Program-made: the position numbers and the translations under genes
Origin: an uncultured Nitrososphaeraceae archaeon
Lineage (GTDB): Archaea; Thermoproteota; Nitrososphaeria; Nitrososphaerales; Nitrososphaeraceae
Assembly: GCA_963825865.1 (NCBI GenBank)
Contig: CAWGVG010000033.1
Span: forward strand, 66,540-130,539
Direction of reading: 5' to 3'
DNA length: 64,000 nucleotides
Notes under the pieces: generated by a model
The model's database searches: none
What the model was told of the DNA's origin: nothing
The model's input: only the letters and a program-made list of their open reading frames with translations
Part shown: positions 22,013 to 33,313 of the stretch, piece after piece
Layout: every line of letters starts with the position of its first letter
How positions within the stretch are numbered: the first letter of the stretch is position 1

Positions 22013-22240
22013 TTGCGTGCAATCACCTGCGAAAGGCTAGTGGAGCATACATTCTCTAAAGAAGCAAACTTTACTCAGGCTACATTCTGCAATCAAGAAT
22101 ACTTTGGCGAGGCTACATTCTCCAATAAAGGAGTTAAACTCTCTGAAACAGCCAGCCCGGGAATCAGATCCGATTTAAAGGAGAGGTTGATACTGCCAAC
22201 AGCAGTACGAGGAACAAAGGAGGAACTCTGGCTGTGGTAG
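22013..22240 (+). pseudogene. Pentapeptide-repeat protein fragment
   Basis: TFSKEANFTQATFCNQEYFGEATFSNK. Confidence 0.4.
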
Positions 22241-22256
22241 TGACTCAATATAGGTT

Positions 22257-22463
22257 TTAATCTGTCGACCTCGTGTCAGACGGTTTTCGTAGGCCCTTAA
22301 AAACCCTGAAATTGCTGTCGGTGTTATCATTATTCAGATACCATTGTAAAAACCATAAACAGTAAAATTTATCGCCAACTAATGACAGAAAGCCGAAAAA
22401 AAGGTCGGTTGCAAAACCAAAAAAAGGATAACATCCACAATCAGCACATTTTATTTGAAACAT
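22257..22463 (-). pseudogene. Degenerate CxxC-x17-CxxC zinc-binding domain protein
   Basis: MFQIKCADCG...PF...GDKFYC; second CxxC not intact. Confidence 0.4.
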
Positions 22464-22523
22464 AGTTCATGGACTCACTAGGACAATAAATTTAAATAAA
22501 AAGATCATAAGTAAACTGGATAC

Positions 22524-22760
22524 ATGCCTAAATTCCTTGATGTTCATCCCTTGAAAGGATTGGACGAAGAAACGTTAAGAAAGTTACAACATTCGCCAGT
22601 TGATGAGTTCGGAATTAAACCTCTTAACTTAATGTATAACAAAGAGGAAGACAGATTTTACTGCCTTCTTGATGCACCAGATAAAAAAGCGGTGGAAAAT
22701 CATCATAATAAATATGGCTTCAAATGTGAATGGATTACAGAAGTAAAAACGACCGCTTAG
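22524..22760 (+). CDS. DUF4242 / SCO4226-like nickel-binding protein
   Basis: MPKFLDVH...FYCLLDAPDKKAVENHH...CEWITEV. Confidence 0.8.
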   Translation: MPKFLDVHPLKGLDEETLRKLQHSPVDEFGIKPLNLMYNKEEDRFYCLLDAPDKKAVENHHNKYGFKCEWITEVKTTA

Positions 22761-23495
22761 TTATAGAGACATATTTGTTTAATCGATTTCTTTCATTCAT
22801 TCATTCATTGATGCTACAGAAACTAAAATGAAAATTAGAAGCGCTTAAAAGATTAAGTCCCTGGAGCAAAGGTAAAAAAGTAGGAAATTCTGCTGCCTTC
22901 AAAGCATTGGAAACAAAGCGTAGGAAAAGATATAGCAATATGCTATATTACATGAGATATAGCAATAAGTTGTTAAAAAGGCACTTGTCAGTTTGTTATG
23001 CTACTATGAATTAGAGGAGCATTTCCTATTACAAATTTGGGTTCCTAACTTTTCTGAATAGTCCAAGAGGAATGGAGTAAATTAAGTCCACCATAAAGTT
23101 GCATTCCTTACACAGTCGTAATATATCCTAATGGAAAGGCTGTAAAAACAACTACAACAAAAAACATATGCTATTTTTCTAGCATGTTGAAACTATTTTG
23201 ACCGTCTAGTAGTTTTCTATTATTCAATACAATAATACTAAAAATTTTAGCATATGTCTATATATCAATAAGTTTTTCAAATATATGTTATTGTATATGT
23301 GATTTAACATACGATAACCTAATAGGCATAAACTGTATATATATATAATCGTACATCTCTGCGGTAATCTTCTGATGAAATGACATCAAAAACATTAAAA
23401 GTGAACGTCTGACACTTGACACAACTTGCAGTCAGAGGATTATACTACATAGGTGTACTAAAAGCAATAAACAAACAAAGAGAGAAATGAGAGAT

Positions 23496-23784
23496 ATGGT
23501 TTGCAAAGGTATATGCGTACAGTCACAAGGCACATAAGCCAGTCGGCGAAGGTCGTTATGCTACTGGACAGAAACGCTGTCAGGTATGTGAGATATTTGT
23601 TAATTGGAACGGATTATGGTGTCCGTGCTGCGGATATAGATTAAGATCAAAGCCCCGAAATTTAAAATTTAAGACAAAATTGCGCGAAAACAAGAACCCA
23701 GATGACGAAAGACAGGAGGAATCTCCAACAAAGGCACAGAGTCAACAACTGGCAGCTATTAGATTAACACATAAAAGACTATAA
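23496..23784 (+). pseudogene. Cys-rich zinc-binding small protein with one extra base near 23520 (not in ORF track)
   Basis: MVCKGICV then, in the next frame, HKAHKPVGEGRYATGQKRCQVCEIFVNWNGLWCPCCGYRLRSKPR. Confidence 0.7.
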
Positions 23785-24019
23785 TAAAACATCTAATAGA
23801 TTCTCTTGATACAATAAGATAAACAAGATAGAATTCTTTTTGAAAAGATGAAATAACTATGATTATTTTTATTTCTAGCTTATATTGCTTCTTTAGTTTA
23901 CATTCATAAATAATAATAGCGTCTTATCGTCCCTTGTTTATACTAATTTTGAAATAAGCGGGATGACTAATAACAAATCCTTTTTCTATTAGTTATTTAT
24001 TATTAATTGCGGGATACAA

Positions 24020-24160
24020 TTGGCCTTCAAATGCAAAATGTGCGGCCAACAATTTGAAGAGAAGAGGCGTTTAGAAATCCACAGGCAAGTACATGGTCGG
24101 AAATCTAAAGTAACAGAATATGGTAGTCCAGAATTTAGTCAAGATAGGTTAAGAGGCTAA
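24020..24160 (+). CDS. Unlisted 46-aa C2H2 zinc-finger microprotein
   Basis: TTG start; AFKCKMCGQQFEEKRRLEIHRQVHGRK, canonical F-x-C-x2-C-x3-F-x5-L-x2-H-x3-H. Confidence 0.75.
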   Translation: MAFKCKMCGQQFEEKRRLEIHRQVHGRKSKVTEYGSPEFSQDRLRG

Positions 24161-24310
24161 TCCTTTAAAATAACGATTAACAAAGACAATAAAACCCGCA
24201 ACGGAAGCATTACTAGATGAACACCATCTCGTAAAAGTAAACGAATCAACAGAAAAAGGTCAGGACTTAAGTTATATTAGATATAATATAGATTAATGGA
24301 ATAGCTAGTT

Positions 24311-26533
24311 TTGAGTTTAAGCAGAATTGCCAAACTAGAATATGTCCTAGTGATTTGTGAAAAACCTGATGCTGCGAGAAGGATAGCTCAAGCTCTGGGA
24401 ACCTCGAGTTTCGAAAATATATCAAGTTGGGATAGAAAAGGAAGAAGAGGACTGCTGCCACTGGTTTTTTCTGCAACTGCCCAAAATGGTCTACACTTTG
24501 TTGTATGTTCTGCAGTAGGTCATTTATACGAATTAGTCGATGTAAAAGGGAACCGAAGTAACTACCCAGTGTTTGATGTTAAATGGACGCCAATTTTAAG
24601 AAGGAGAAATTCGATAGGTCCAAAGACAGCTGCAAAATCAGAACAAATCATAAAGGCGATATCCTTGCTTTCGCAAAAAGCTACAAGCTTTGTTCATGCT
24701 TGTGATTATGATCAGGAAGGTGAAGTAATTGGTTACAATATTCTCGAATATGCCTGTAATAACAAATATGATAACTCACTAAGGGCTAAATTTTCAACTC
24801 TAACCGATGAGGAAATAAGAAATTCATTTGATAACCTGTTAAAACCTAGCAAAGGATTAGCTGAGGCAGGAAGATCCCGCCATGTGATTGATTTTATTTA
24901 TGGAGTTAACCTATCCAGAGCGCTTACACAATCTTTTAAGGCAAGTAACGACGGCAAAAGGTATTGTAACTTAACAATGGGCAGGGTACAAGGCCCAGCT
25001 CTTGCTTTTGTAGTGGACAAAGAGACAGATATCAGAAAACATATTCCAATGCCTTATTGGACCATAGCCGCGGAATTCGAGAAAAATGGAAATATAATTA
25101 ATGCACACTATTACCAGCAAAAAGTTACCACAATATCTAAAGCAACCTCAATTGTTGATGCTTGTACAAACAAAGATGGTAAGATTACTGGGATCAACCA
25201 TCAAAGGGTCACACTCACAGCTCCAAATCCTTTTAACCTAGGCGATCTGCAAAAGGAAGCATATAGAGTATTCAAATTTTCTCCAAGCTACACTCTAACC
25301 GTTGCTGAGAAACTGTATGTCAATGCACTAATATCTTATCCAAGGACCTCAAGCCAAAAGCTTCCAGCCTCAATAAACTACAAGAAAATTATTTCAGGCC
25401 TCTCCAAGATTGATTCTTCTGTTGTAGACAACAATGCTTGTGCTTATACAAAGCTGACTGTAATCCTGCTCTCTAAAGATTATCTTTCTCCAAATGAAGG
25501 AAGCAAAACTGATTCAGCGCATCCAGCAATTTACCCAACAGGAGAGAAGCCAAAAGGTAATCTTGAGAGTGCTGAACGCAAATTATTTGATCTGGTAATC
25601 AGAAGGTTTTTGGCAACTTTTGGTGAACCAGCGATAATTCAGCTCATAACAGTGACAATTCTAGTCAAGGACGACCACATTTTCAAGGTTGACGGAAAGA
25701 AAATGATAGATGAAGGATGGATGAATTTTTACAAACCATATACTAATAGAACCGGACTAGGAACTCAAGCTCATTTACCGAACATGAATAATGGTGACAT
25801 ATTGAAGAATGTTGTTATAACCATGGATGAGAAGTTCACTCAGCCTCCATTTCGATACAATCAAGCTAGCTTGTTAGAAAAAATGGAGAAAGAAAAGATC
25901 GGCACTAAAGCCACAAGATCAAATATTATCAGCACACTCTTTAAGAGAAATTATATCACTAGCACTACTATCTCTCGAAAAGAAAATAATATAGGAGGAT
26001 TGGGAGCAATTGAGGCTACAGATATTGGATTTGAAATAACACAATTAATGCGTAAGTACATACCAAACATAGTATCTACAAATCTAACTAGGACTATGGA
26101 AGAACAACTAGAAGAAATTGAATCATACAAAGCGAGAAGTGGATTGGTAATAGAATATGCAATAGGTAAATTAAAAGAAGCAATCGTTCCTTTCAAGGAA
26201 AACGAAATTGAGGTAGGTCATCAGATATCTGATGCAGCAATAATTACTAAGAATAAACAACAGATGGTACTAGGCGCTTGTCCTGTTTGTGGCAAGGGAG
26301 ATTTGAAAATTTTAAGATCAAATATAACAAAAAGAAGGTTTGTAGGATGTTCTAATTACGCATTCGGTACATGTAAGGCGGCTGCTCCACTACCACAGAA
26401 AGGACCAATAAAAACTACGGGTAAGACCTGTTCAGTATGCCGATGGCCTGTAATCAACGCTGTCTATAGCCGTGAAACAAAACGTCACTGGAAATTCTGT
26501 ATTAATGTGCAATGTCCGTCAAAAACGCAGTAG
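24311..26533 (+). CDS. topA: DNA topoisomerase IA
   Basis: Toprim ICEKP and DYDQEGE, GRVQGP, ISYPRT catalytic Tyr, AHPAIYPT, C-terminal Zn ribbons. Confidence 0.95.
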   Translation: MSLSRIAKLEYVLVICEKPDAARRIAQALGTSSFENISSWDRKGRRGLLPLVFSATAQNGLHFVVCSAVGHLYELVDVKGNRSNYPVFDVKWTPILRRRNSIGPKTAAKSEQIIKAISLLSQKATSFVHACDYDQEGEVIGYNILEYACNNKYDNSLRAKFSTLTDEEIRNSFDNLLKPSKGLAEAGRSRHVIDFIYGVNLSRALTQSFKASNDGKRYCNLTMGRVQGPALAFVVDKETDIRKHIPMPYWTIAAEFEKNGNIINAHYYQQKVTTISKATSIVDACTNKDGKITGINHQRVTLTAPNPFNLGDLQKEAYRVFKFSPSYTLTVAEKLYVNALISYPRTSSQKLPASINYKKIISGLSKIDSSVVDNNACAYTKLTVILLSKDYLSPNEGSKTDSAHPAIYPTGEKPKGNLESAERKLFDLVIRRFLATFGEPAIIQLITVTILVKDDHIFKVDGKKMIDEGWMNFYKPYTNRTGLGTQAHLPNMNNGDILKNVVITMDEKFTQPPFRYNQASLLEKMEKEKIGTKATRSNIISTLFKRNYITSTTISRKENNIGGLGAIEATDIGFEITQLMRKYIPNIVSTNLTRTMEEQLEEIESYKARSGLVIEYAIGKLKEAIVPFKENEIEVGHQISDAAIITKNKQQMVLGACPVCGKGDLKILRSNITKRRFVGCSNYAFGTCKAAAPLPQKGPIKTTGKTCSVCRWPVINAVYSRETKRHWKFCINVQCPSKTQ

Positions 26534-26609
26534 CAACCACTCCTGCAACGATAGTTTCTAGAATTGGAGATTTCAGCGTCTAGTATGATATATGTATTTC
26601 GTGCTGGTA

Positions 26610-28022
26610 CTATCTTCTTCTTTCTAATTTCATACGCATCCCATATTTAGGGCGTAATGTAATAAGCGGCTTCAATTCAACTTTATGATCTGGATCATGA
26701 TGCATCTTCCACTGATGGCATATTGTAGCTACTAACAGGATTCCTTCCATCCATGCAAATGGTTCGCCTAGACACCCTCTGATACCTCCTCCAAATGGGA
26801 AATAACTAAATCTGGGAAGTTGAGACTTCGCCTCCTTGGTCCAGCGATCTGGATAAAAAAGGTCAGGCTCAGGAAAGTAACGTGGATTTCGATGCATCAC
26901 ATATTGACTCATCAAAACAATAGAGCCGGCAGGTATTACATATTTGGCAATCTTGTAATCATTAATAGCTTGACGACCTGTCGTCCAAGCTGGCGGATAA
27001 AGCCGCATAGATTCTCGAAAGATCTTTTCAGTATATTCCAGTTTTGAAACGTCTTTAATGGTTGGAATTCTTTTTTTACTTCTAGTGCTGCCACTGGTAC
27101 TATCTTTACTATTATCAAGTACGGAACAAAGCTCCTCATACAGCTTAACCTCTACAGTTGGATTTTGTGATAATAGATAAAATGTCCATGTAAGTGCATT
27201 GGCTGTTGTTTCATGTCCTGCCAAAAAAATTGTCATTACTTCATCTCTTAATTGTGAGTCTGTCATTCGTCCAATTCCAGCTTCTGCATCTTGGGCTTGT
27301 AGCAGCGTATATAGCAAGTCTTCTTTAGGTTCACCTTTATTCTCGTTAGCTCTATGTTCTTTAATCATATTGTATACGATAGTGTCTAATTTCTTTTTTG
27401 CTTGTTGAAAGCCCTTATTAATAGGTAGTATTGGTATTTTTTCAATCAGCTCACCAAATGGCATTAGGAGACGGTTAAAGTATTCCGCACTAGTCAAGAG
27501 TGCATCCCCAACTTGGTCGCCTTCTTCTGATTTAATATCTGAACCCAAGACAGCCTTACTAATGATTGCCGATGTTACATGTATCATTTCGTTATGGATA
27601 TCTAACGTAATTCCATCCTGCCATCGCTGACTCATATTTGCAGCATAAGCAGTCATTACATCTCCGTATTTCTTTATAAGATTAGGATGAAATGCAGGTT
27701 GTATTATTCGTCTTTGGCGATCATGGTATTCTCCCTCACTGGTCACTAGTCCTTCTCCTAACAAGCGCTTGGAAACTTGTAGACCTCTACTTTTAATAAA
27801 ATTTTTATGGTTTCTAATTAATACATCCTCTATATAATGCGGATTATTAAGTAGGTAGACATGCTGTCTTCCAAACTTAAAATGAGCAATATCGCCATAG
27901 GTATGCGCAATATCCATCAAAGTTTTGATTGGATTGTGTATAAATTCACGTAATAATTTATTAGGTAAAATAGAGTGAGGTCCTGGCGGATATTCAATTG
28001 AAGAAGAGGAAGATGCTTTCAA
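26610..28022 (-). CDS. Cytochrome P450
   Basis: AGHETT (I helix), ESMR (ExxR), PDRW, FGGGIRGCLG heme-thiolate motif. Confidence 0.95.
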   Translation of the reverse strand: MKASSSSSIEYPPGPHSILPNKLLREFIHNPIKTLMDIAHTYGDIAHFKFGRQHVYLLNNPHYIEDVLIRNHKNFIKSRGLQVSKRLLGEGLVTSEGEYHDRQRRIIQPAFHPNLIKKYGDVMTAYAANMSQRWQDGITLDIHNEMIHVTSAIISKAVLGSDIKSEEGDQVGDALLTSAEYFNRLLMPFGELIEKIPILPINKGFQQAKKKLDTIVYNMIKEHRANENKGEPKEDLLYTLLQAQDAEAGIGRMTDSQLRDEVMTIFLAGHETTANALTWTFYLLSQNPTVEVKLYEELCSVLDNSKDSTSGSTRSKKRIPTIKDVSKLEYTEKIFRESMRLYPPAWTTGRQAINDYKIAKYVIPAGSIVLMSQYVMHRNPRYFPEPDLFYPDRWTKEAKSQLPRFSYFPFGGGIRGCLGEPFAWMEGILLVATICHQWKMHHDPDHKVELKPLITLRPKYGMRMKLERRR

Positions 28023-28309
28023 TTTTGTCTTTCAATGGTGGTACTTCGGTAATATATATATAAATAAGAGTTCGGATTAAGGTATTAAATTTGGTTAGGA
28101 TAAAAAATAACCTGTTGTATGCCAGAAGGATCACCGGGTAGGTACTCATTAGTAACAGGAATGGTGGGAGATAGAATGTCAAAACTAAAAGATATTGTAA
28201 AATAAAATTTATTGATTTGGAACGTACTAATAAAGAAAAAATCAATTTGGACAGGTTTGGACGCATCTGAGGATATAAAATTATAATCGTTTTATCATCG
28301 AATATTTTT

Positions 28310-28621
28310 ATGAATAAACTATATCAACTAAGCGATCTTCTTTCTGAACTCGAAGACCATGTCGGCTACTTCATAGATTTTATATCTACAAGTGGTATTC
28401 AGGCTGGCATCATACGATTACACCCTGGTGAGAATGATACACAGGATCCACATTCAGTAGACGAGGTTTACTATGTTATTGAAGGTACTGGCTTTATTAA
28501 ACTAAATAGCAAAAATCATGCTATCGAAAGAGGAACATTTATTTTTGTTCATGCGGGAACTGAGCACAAATTCCACGGCAATAATCAAGACCTTGTCATC
28601 TTTTATGCATTAGGTAGATAG
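28310..28621 (+). CDS. Cupin domain protein
   Basis: PHSVDEVYYVIEG...FVHAGTEHKF. Confidence 0.85.
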   Translation: MNKLYQLSDLLSELEDHVGYFIDFISTSGIQAGIIRLHPGENDTQDPHSVDEVYYVIEGTGFIKLNSKNHAIERGTFIFVHAGTEHKFHGNNQDLVIFYALGR

Positions 28622-28699
28622 ATAGACGTTAAAACAGTCATAGTGCTAAGGACGTGCCATATTGATAATATATATAAATCATAATCTTTCCCATAATTT

Positions 28700-28914
28700 A
28701 TGGTTTACAAATATATTGATATTGTAGGAACTTCAGATACAGACATTAGTGCTGCAGTGGATAATGCCTTTAAAGAGGCGTCGTCCATGTAAAGAATATA
28801 AAATGGGGAGAATTGGGCCGTGTGACATTTAGAGTTGAAGAAGGAAAAAAAATAGAATATCAAGCAGAGGTTAGAATTGGTTTTGAAGTTTTAAGAGTTA
28901 ATCAACATCAATGA
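28700..28914 (+). pseudogene. Dodecin family protein, frameshifted near 28790 (not in ORF track)
   Basis: MVYKYIDIVGTSDTDISAAVDNAFKEAS then VKNIKWGELGRVTFRVEEGKKIEYQAEVRIGF. Confidence 0.75.
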
Positions 28915-29470
28915 TCATAATATTAAGTAATGATTTATTTCCTCTAATCATGACTATTATATGATTTATTTTTTAGGACTTTTAATTTCTATCAGCACTG
29001 TGTACACATACTGTTTGTTCTGTATGAGGAGCTTTATTTTTTATTGCATCTGAACTGGTCTTATATATCTTCAAGGATGAACAAGTCTGCTGTAATGTCA
29101 TTGTTTGATCTTGTAAATACTAAGAATACTGACAATCCCTTTTCAACATAATGTCCAGATATGGGAGGGTTTTCCCGCCAATATAGCTACGTCAAATGGG
29201 TTATCCAAATTCTGTTTCATTGCCTTTTAAATCAACTTTAAGATTTTCAACATTTTCCCTCATCGACATATCTAACGCCTGCTTTTTGCTCCGGAGCAAC
29301 AGAACTGTAGAACTTGTTTTTTGTATCCTCCAAGAAGCAGAGAGAGGAACTCGCAAGTAAGAGGTTGACCAATATTAAAAATGATTATAAAATGCCTAAT
29401 ATATTATAGATATGCTTATGCCTAATCAAAAGAACAACAACAACAATGAAGCCATTGGTGAAACAACAAT

Positions 29471-30430
29471 TTGGCTGTAGAACAGAAGAAGACCATAATC
29501 AATTTATATAATTCTGGGATCACGCCAGATATAATAGCGCTTGAAATGGATATCAGCCAAGATGAAGTCATGCGTGTTATCAAAAATGATATTAGTGAAG
29601 AAGAAAGAAGAAAGATTAATGCAAAAAAGATATCTGATGCTCCATTATTGAGTCAGTTATATCTTGATGCAATTGTTAATGTAGATTCAGCTATTAAACA
29701 TGCACAATCTACAATGTGGAAGGCTCTGAAAGTGAAATCAGAGTTTAATATTTCTATGGAAGAGACACAAAAAATTCTAGAGGGTTATTCTGAATCCAAA
29801 GTTACTCTTGTAATTTTACATATTGATATTGTAGAATCAACTAGATTATCAATGATACTTCCTGTGGATAGGCTTGCAGCAATTATTAGAGCATTTGCTC
29901 AGGAAATGTCATTGTTAATAGCAGTATATGGTGGTTATGTTCTTAAGTATATAGGAGATGCAATTTTAGCATTTTTTGTTGTAAATTCTTCATCATCAGC
30001 TGGTGATGATCGGTATCTGCCATGTATGAATGCAGTAAGCTGTGCATGTTCTATGATCAAAGTAATACGAGAAGGCATCAACCCAATTTTATCCCAGTAT
30101 GACTATCCTGAGTTGAAAGTAAGAATTGGAATAGATGTTGGAGAGAATGCAATAGTTCAATATGGATGGGATACTCATAAACAAGATGGAAAAGTGATAT
30201 TGAAAAAGCCACATCTAGATATTTTGGGTTATACCATCAGCATTGCAGCGAAAATGACTGCAGTTGCAAAAGCCGATCAAATTGTTATTGGTCAGTTGGC
30301 ATATGACGTATTAGAAGATAAACAAAGACGTACGTTCAAACAGTTATCAATGAGTTCAGATATATGGGATTATGTTAGCAGTAATACAGGTAGAATCTAT
30401 AATCTGTATGGCAGCATAAAGGCAGGCTAA
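29471..30430 (+). CDS. Class III adenylate/guanylate cyclase domain protein
   Basis: HIDIVEST, VLKYIGDAILAFF, RIGIDVG, LDILGYTISIAAKM. Confidence 0.9.
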   Translation: MAVEQKKTIINLYNSGITPDIIALEMDISQDEVMRVIKNDISEEERRKINAKKISDAPLLSQLYLDAIVNVDSAIKHAQSTMWKALKVKSEFNISMEETQKILEGYSESKVTLVILHIDIVESTRLSMILPVDRLAAIIRAFAQEMSLLIAVYGGYVLKYIGDAILAFFVVNSSSSAGDDRYLPCMNAVSCACSMIKVIREGINPILSQYDYPELKVRIGIDVGENAIVQYGWDTHKQDGKVILKKPHLDILGYTISIAAKMTAVAKADQIVIGQLAYDVLEDKQRRTFKQLSMSSDIWDYVSSNTGRIYNLYGSIKAG

Positions 30431-30610
30431 TAATTGACTGACTATAATGAGTTCATAGAAAAATGTAAAATATATTCTAACTCTTTATAAGTACACTGAC
30501 AAGGAATTGCAAAAAAATTTCGTTGATTTGATCATGTCTCATGAAAATACAGCTAGCATTTATTTTCATGCTAATTATTATATTAGCATTTACTACAATA
30601 TTTAATAACC

Positions 30611-31410
30611 TTGGACAAATTCCAGGAATGGAACGCAGCAGGATATCATGACATCTCTACTGTACAAGAAAAGTGGGGTTTAAATGTCATCAGCCGCGAA
30701 AAATGGATCGGAAATGAAACTGTATTGGATGCTGGGTGCGGGACAGGAAGAGTTACTAGAATCTTAGCTGAGAAAGTCATGAAAGAAGGGAGAGTATATG
30801 CAGTGGATATTGATTCTAATATGGTTTCCCATGCCAAAAAGAATCTCCAAGACTTTGAAAACGTAATGGTAATTCAATCGGATTTAATGGACGTAGAACT
30901 CCCTAGAAAAGTAGATGTTATCTTTTCTAATGCAGTTATACATTGGATTCTTGACCATAAGACATGTTTAAACATTTTTGGGATTTGTTGTTACCGAAGA
31001 CTGATAATGATAAAGGAGGAAAAATATTAATCCAATGTGGCGGCTACGGTAACCTAACAAGAGTTAATAAATTGGTGAAGCAGATTAAAGAATCTAATGA
31101 ATTCAAAGGTTATTTTGTCAGTTGGAAGGAACCATGGTATTTTGCAAAACCTGATGATACAGAGAAGCTATTAAGAGAAATAGGATTTAATAACATTCAT
31201 GCATATCTTTCTAATGAAATCATTACCTTTTCAAATAGTAAAAGTTATTCTGAATTCGTAAAAACTATAGTGATGAAACCCTTTTTAGAATATCTGCCCG
31301 ATGATCAGACCAAGGATAGATATTTGAAATTATTTCTATACATAGCTGAAAAAAGTGGATTATTTTGGACTTTAGATTTTGTTAGGCTCAATATTTTAGC
31401 ACAGAAATAA
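30611..31410 (+). pseudogene. Class I SAM methyltransferase (trans-aconitate MTase-like), frameshifted near 30965
   Basis: VLDAGCGTG and FSNAVIHW; continuation QCGGYGN...LDFVRLNILA in a second frame. Confidence 0.85.
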
Positions 31411-31981
31411 GAAAATAGTATGTACATATCAAAGGGTTTAACACGACTTTTGACACAGTTTTATGTTCATTAGCCAGCGTATAAGTCAAATAATGAATCG
31501 TATTGTTTCACAATACTATTTTTTGATTAATGTAATACCGTGTATTATGTATTCAAAAATGGATTGGTAAATCTGAGATACTGGATTACGTATAACTAGG
31601 AATCACGAGAGAACTCGAGAAGACTATGCGCCTTTCTCCTCATATCCTGACCACTCTAATTCTTTCCAAATTTTATTTTAATTGTAAACCTTCCATAATT
31701 AATAGGGAAAGGAATCCTATGTTGAGAACTGAAAATTCATCCACTATCCTCATTACCTTGACAACGCAACGAAGTGGACATTGGTGTACCATAATCCAAT
31801 ACCAGATAGAACTTATTGAAGACATTAAAGTAATATATAATAACAAAAATGTTACTATATATGACTTGATTCTTGATTCGTGAAAATACTAAGTGACTCT
31901 ACTATTTCATTGGTGGTAACATTTCCAATATATTGGCTACCCATTCTCTAGTTGAGTAAAAGCTTCTAACGATATCATTTA

Positions 31982-33193
31982 CTACCATTCGAATTTGAAT
32001 GATTGGCCTTGGACAATATCTTTTTTTGTCCAACGTGCCAAATTACGGTTATTTTTATTTCCTTTTCTTTTTTGTATAACAGGTTGTATTTTATATCTCT
32101 TGACTTCATCAGTCTCTAGATTTACGTCATAGACTATTGGAGCAGTCATATCTTTCGGGTAATCTATTGTTACTATGAAACATTGGCAGTTAACCGCAAA
32201 ATAGTTTTCAAAGTATCGATCTAGTTCTTCTACATCATATTCTAGGACATAATAGCGTCCTTTCTCTGATTTTAATATGGGCTTATTAAAGAAAGTGGTA
32301 AACTCCTTCTGGTATGGCTTATCAATAGTTATGGTGGATATTTGCAATAGTTTATTATTTTCGTCATAGACTTTAATGTTAAGATCATCAAAAGTTTTTT
32401 CTACATCGGTTGCTATACCGTGTACAACTTCATATATTGGTTCATATGACATACTTTGAATTTCATATAGTCTTTTGTAGTGAACTAACATTGTTTTTGG
32501 ATCCTTAATGGTTATGTGTACCTCTATACGCGGATAAATGGTTGTTATTTTTTTCTCGGTCCCGATCTGTTTGTTAACCTTGCTCAGCTGGTGTGATGAT
32601 CCCTTAGTAGGCGGTCGAGGATTACCAAAACCTTTTCCATGCACTGTATAAAGCGATAATATCTTGCCATGTTTTATAGTGTGATCATGTAGGGGTTTGA
32701 TTATTTGTTTATACTGGTCTGATATTTCTCTAAGGTCTTCTGCTGTTCTGGCACTTAATAGTATATGGCCATCATCTCCGATATCCATGATTCTTCTTGC
32801 AATTATAATTCCAGGACCCCAGATGTTTTTATTATTAAAAATGTCATTAACTACAAAAACAGGACCACTATGTATTCCGATCCTTATTCTTACAGTTTCG
32901 GCTGGAATTTTGCCTTTGTTGTACTTGGCAACCTTTTCATGAAGTTCAATTGCCAGTTTAAGAGGGAGCTCGGGTCCTTGAAGGAATCCTATAGCCATTC
33001 CGTCTCCAGCTGGCAATACCAGCATTGTATCTTTAGAGGTTGATCTAAAAGTAGTGCAATTCATTATACTTTTATTTAAAGTCTTAATTTTTTTTATCTG
33101 AATCTTAGTTGACATAGAGGGATCTGAGAGGCCAACAATATCTATAAAGAAGAAATTCGCATGGATCAAGCTAGGGCCAGCTGCTAAACTCAT
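31982..33193 (-). CDS. Class III nucleotide cyclase domain fused to an uncharacterised beta-rich C-terminal domain
   Basis: FIDIVG, AGDGMAI, RIGIHSGPV, NIWGPGIIIARRIMD. Confidence 0.85.
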   Translation of the reverse strand: MSLAAGPSLIHANFFFIDIVGLSDPSMSTKIQIKKIKTLNKSIMNCTTFRSTSKDTMLVLPAGDGMAIGFLQGPELPLKLAIELHEKVAKYNKGKIPAETVRIRIGIHSGPVFVVNDIFNNKNIWGPGIIIARRIMDIGDDGHILLSARTAEDLREISDQYKQIIKPLHDHTIKHGKILSLYTVHGKGFGNPRPPTKGSSHQLSKVNKQIGTEKKITTIYPRIEVHITIKDPKTMLVHYKRLYEIQSMSYEPIYEVVHGIATDVEKTFDDLNIKVYDENNKLLQISTITIDKPYQKEFTTFFNKPILKSEKGRYYVLEYDVEELDRYFENYFAVNCQCFIVTIDYPKDMTAPIVYDVNLETDEVKRYKIQPVIQKRKGNKNNRNLARWTKKDIVQGQSFKFEW

Positions 33194-33313
33194 GACTAAG
33201 AAATTATCTGAACTATTACAAGTATTTTTCCAACATACATAAAATTGACAGCTTTAATTTGGTTTGAAAATTTCCCTTATTAATTAGTGCCATATTAAAT
33301 AACCAAAATTTTA

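Noticed and set aside
24311-26533. Topoisomerase IA as a novelty in a lineage known for topoisomerase IB
   Set aside because: Type IA enzymes are already known in Nitrososphaerales; motifs are ordinary
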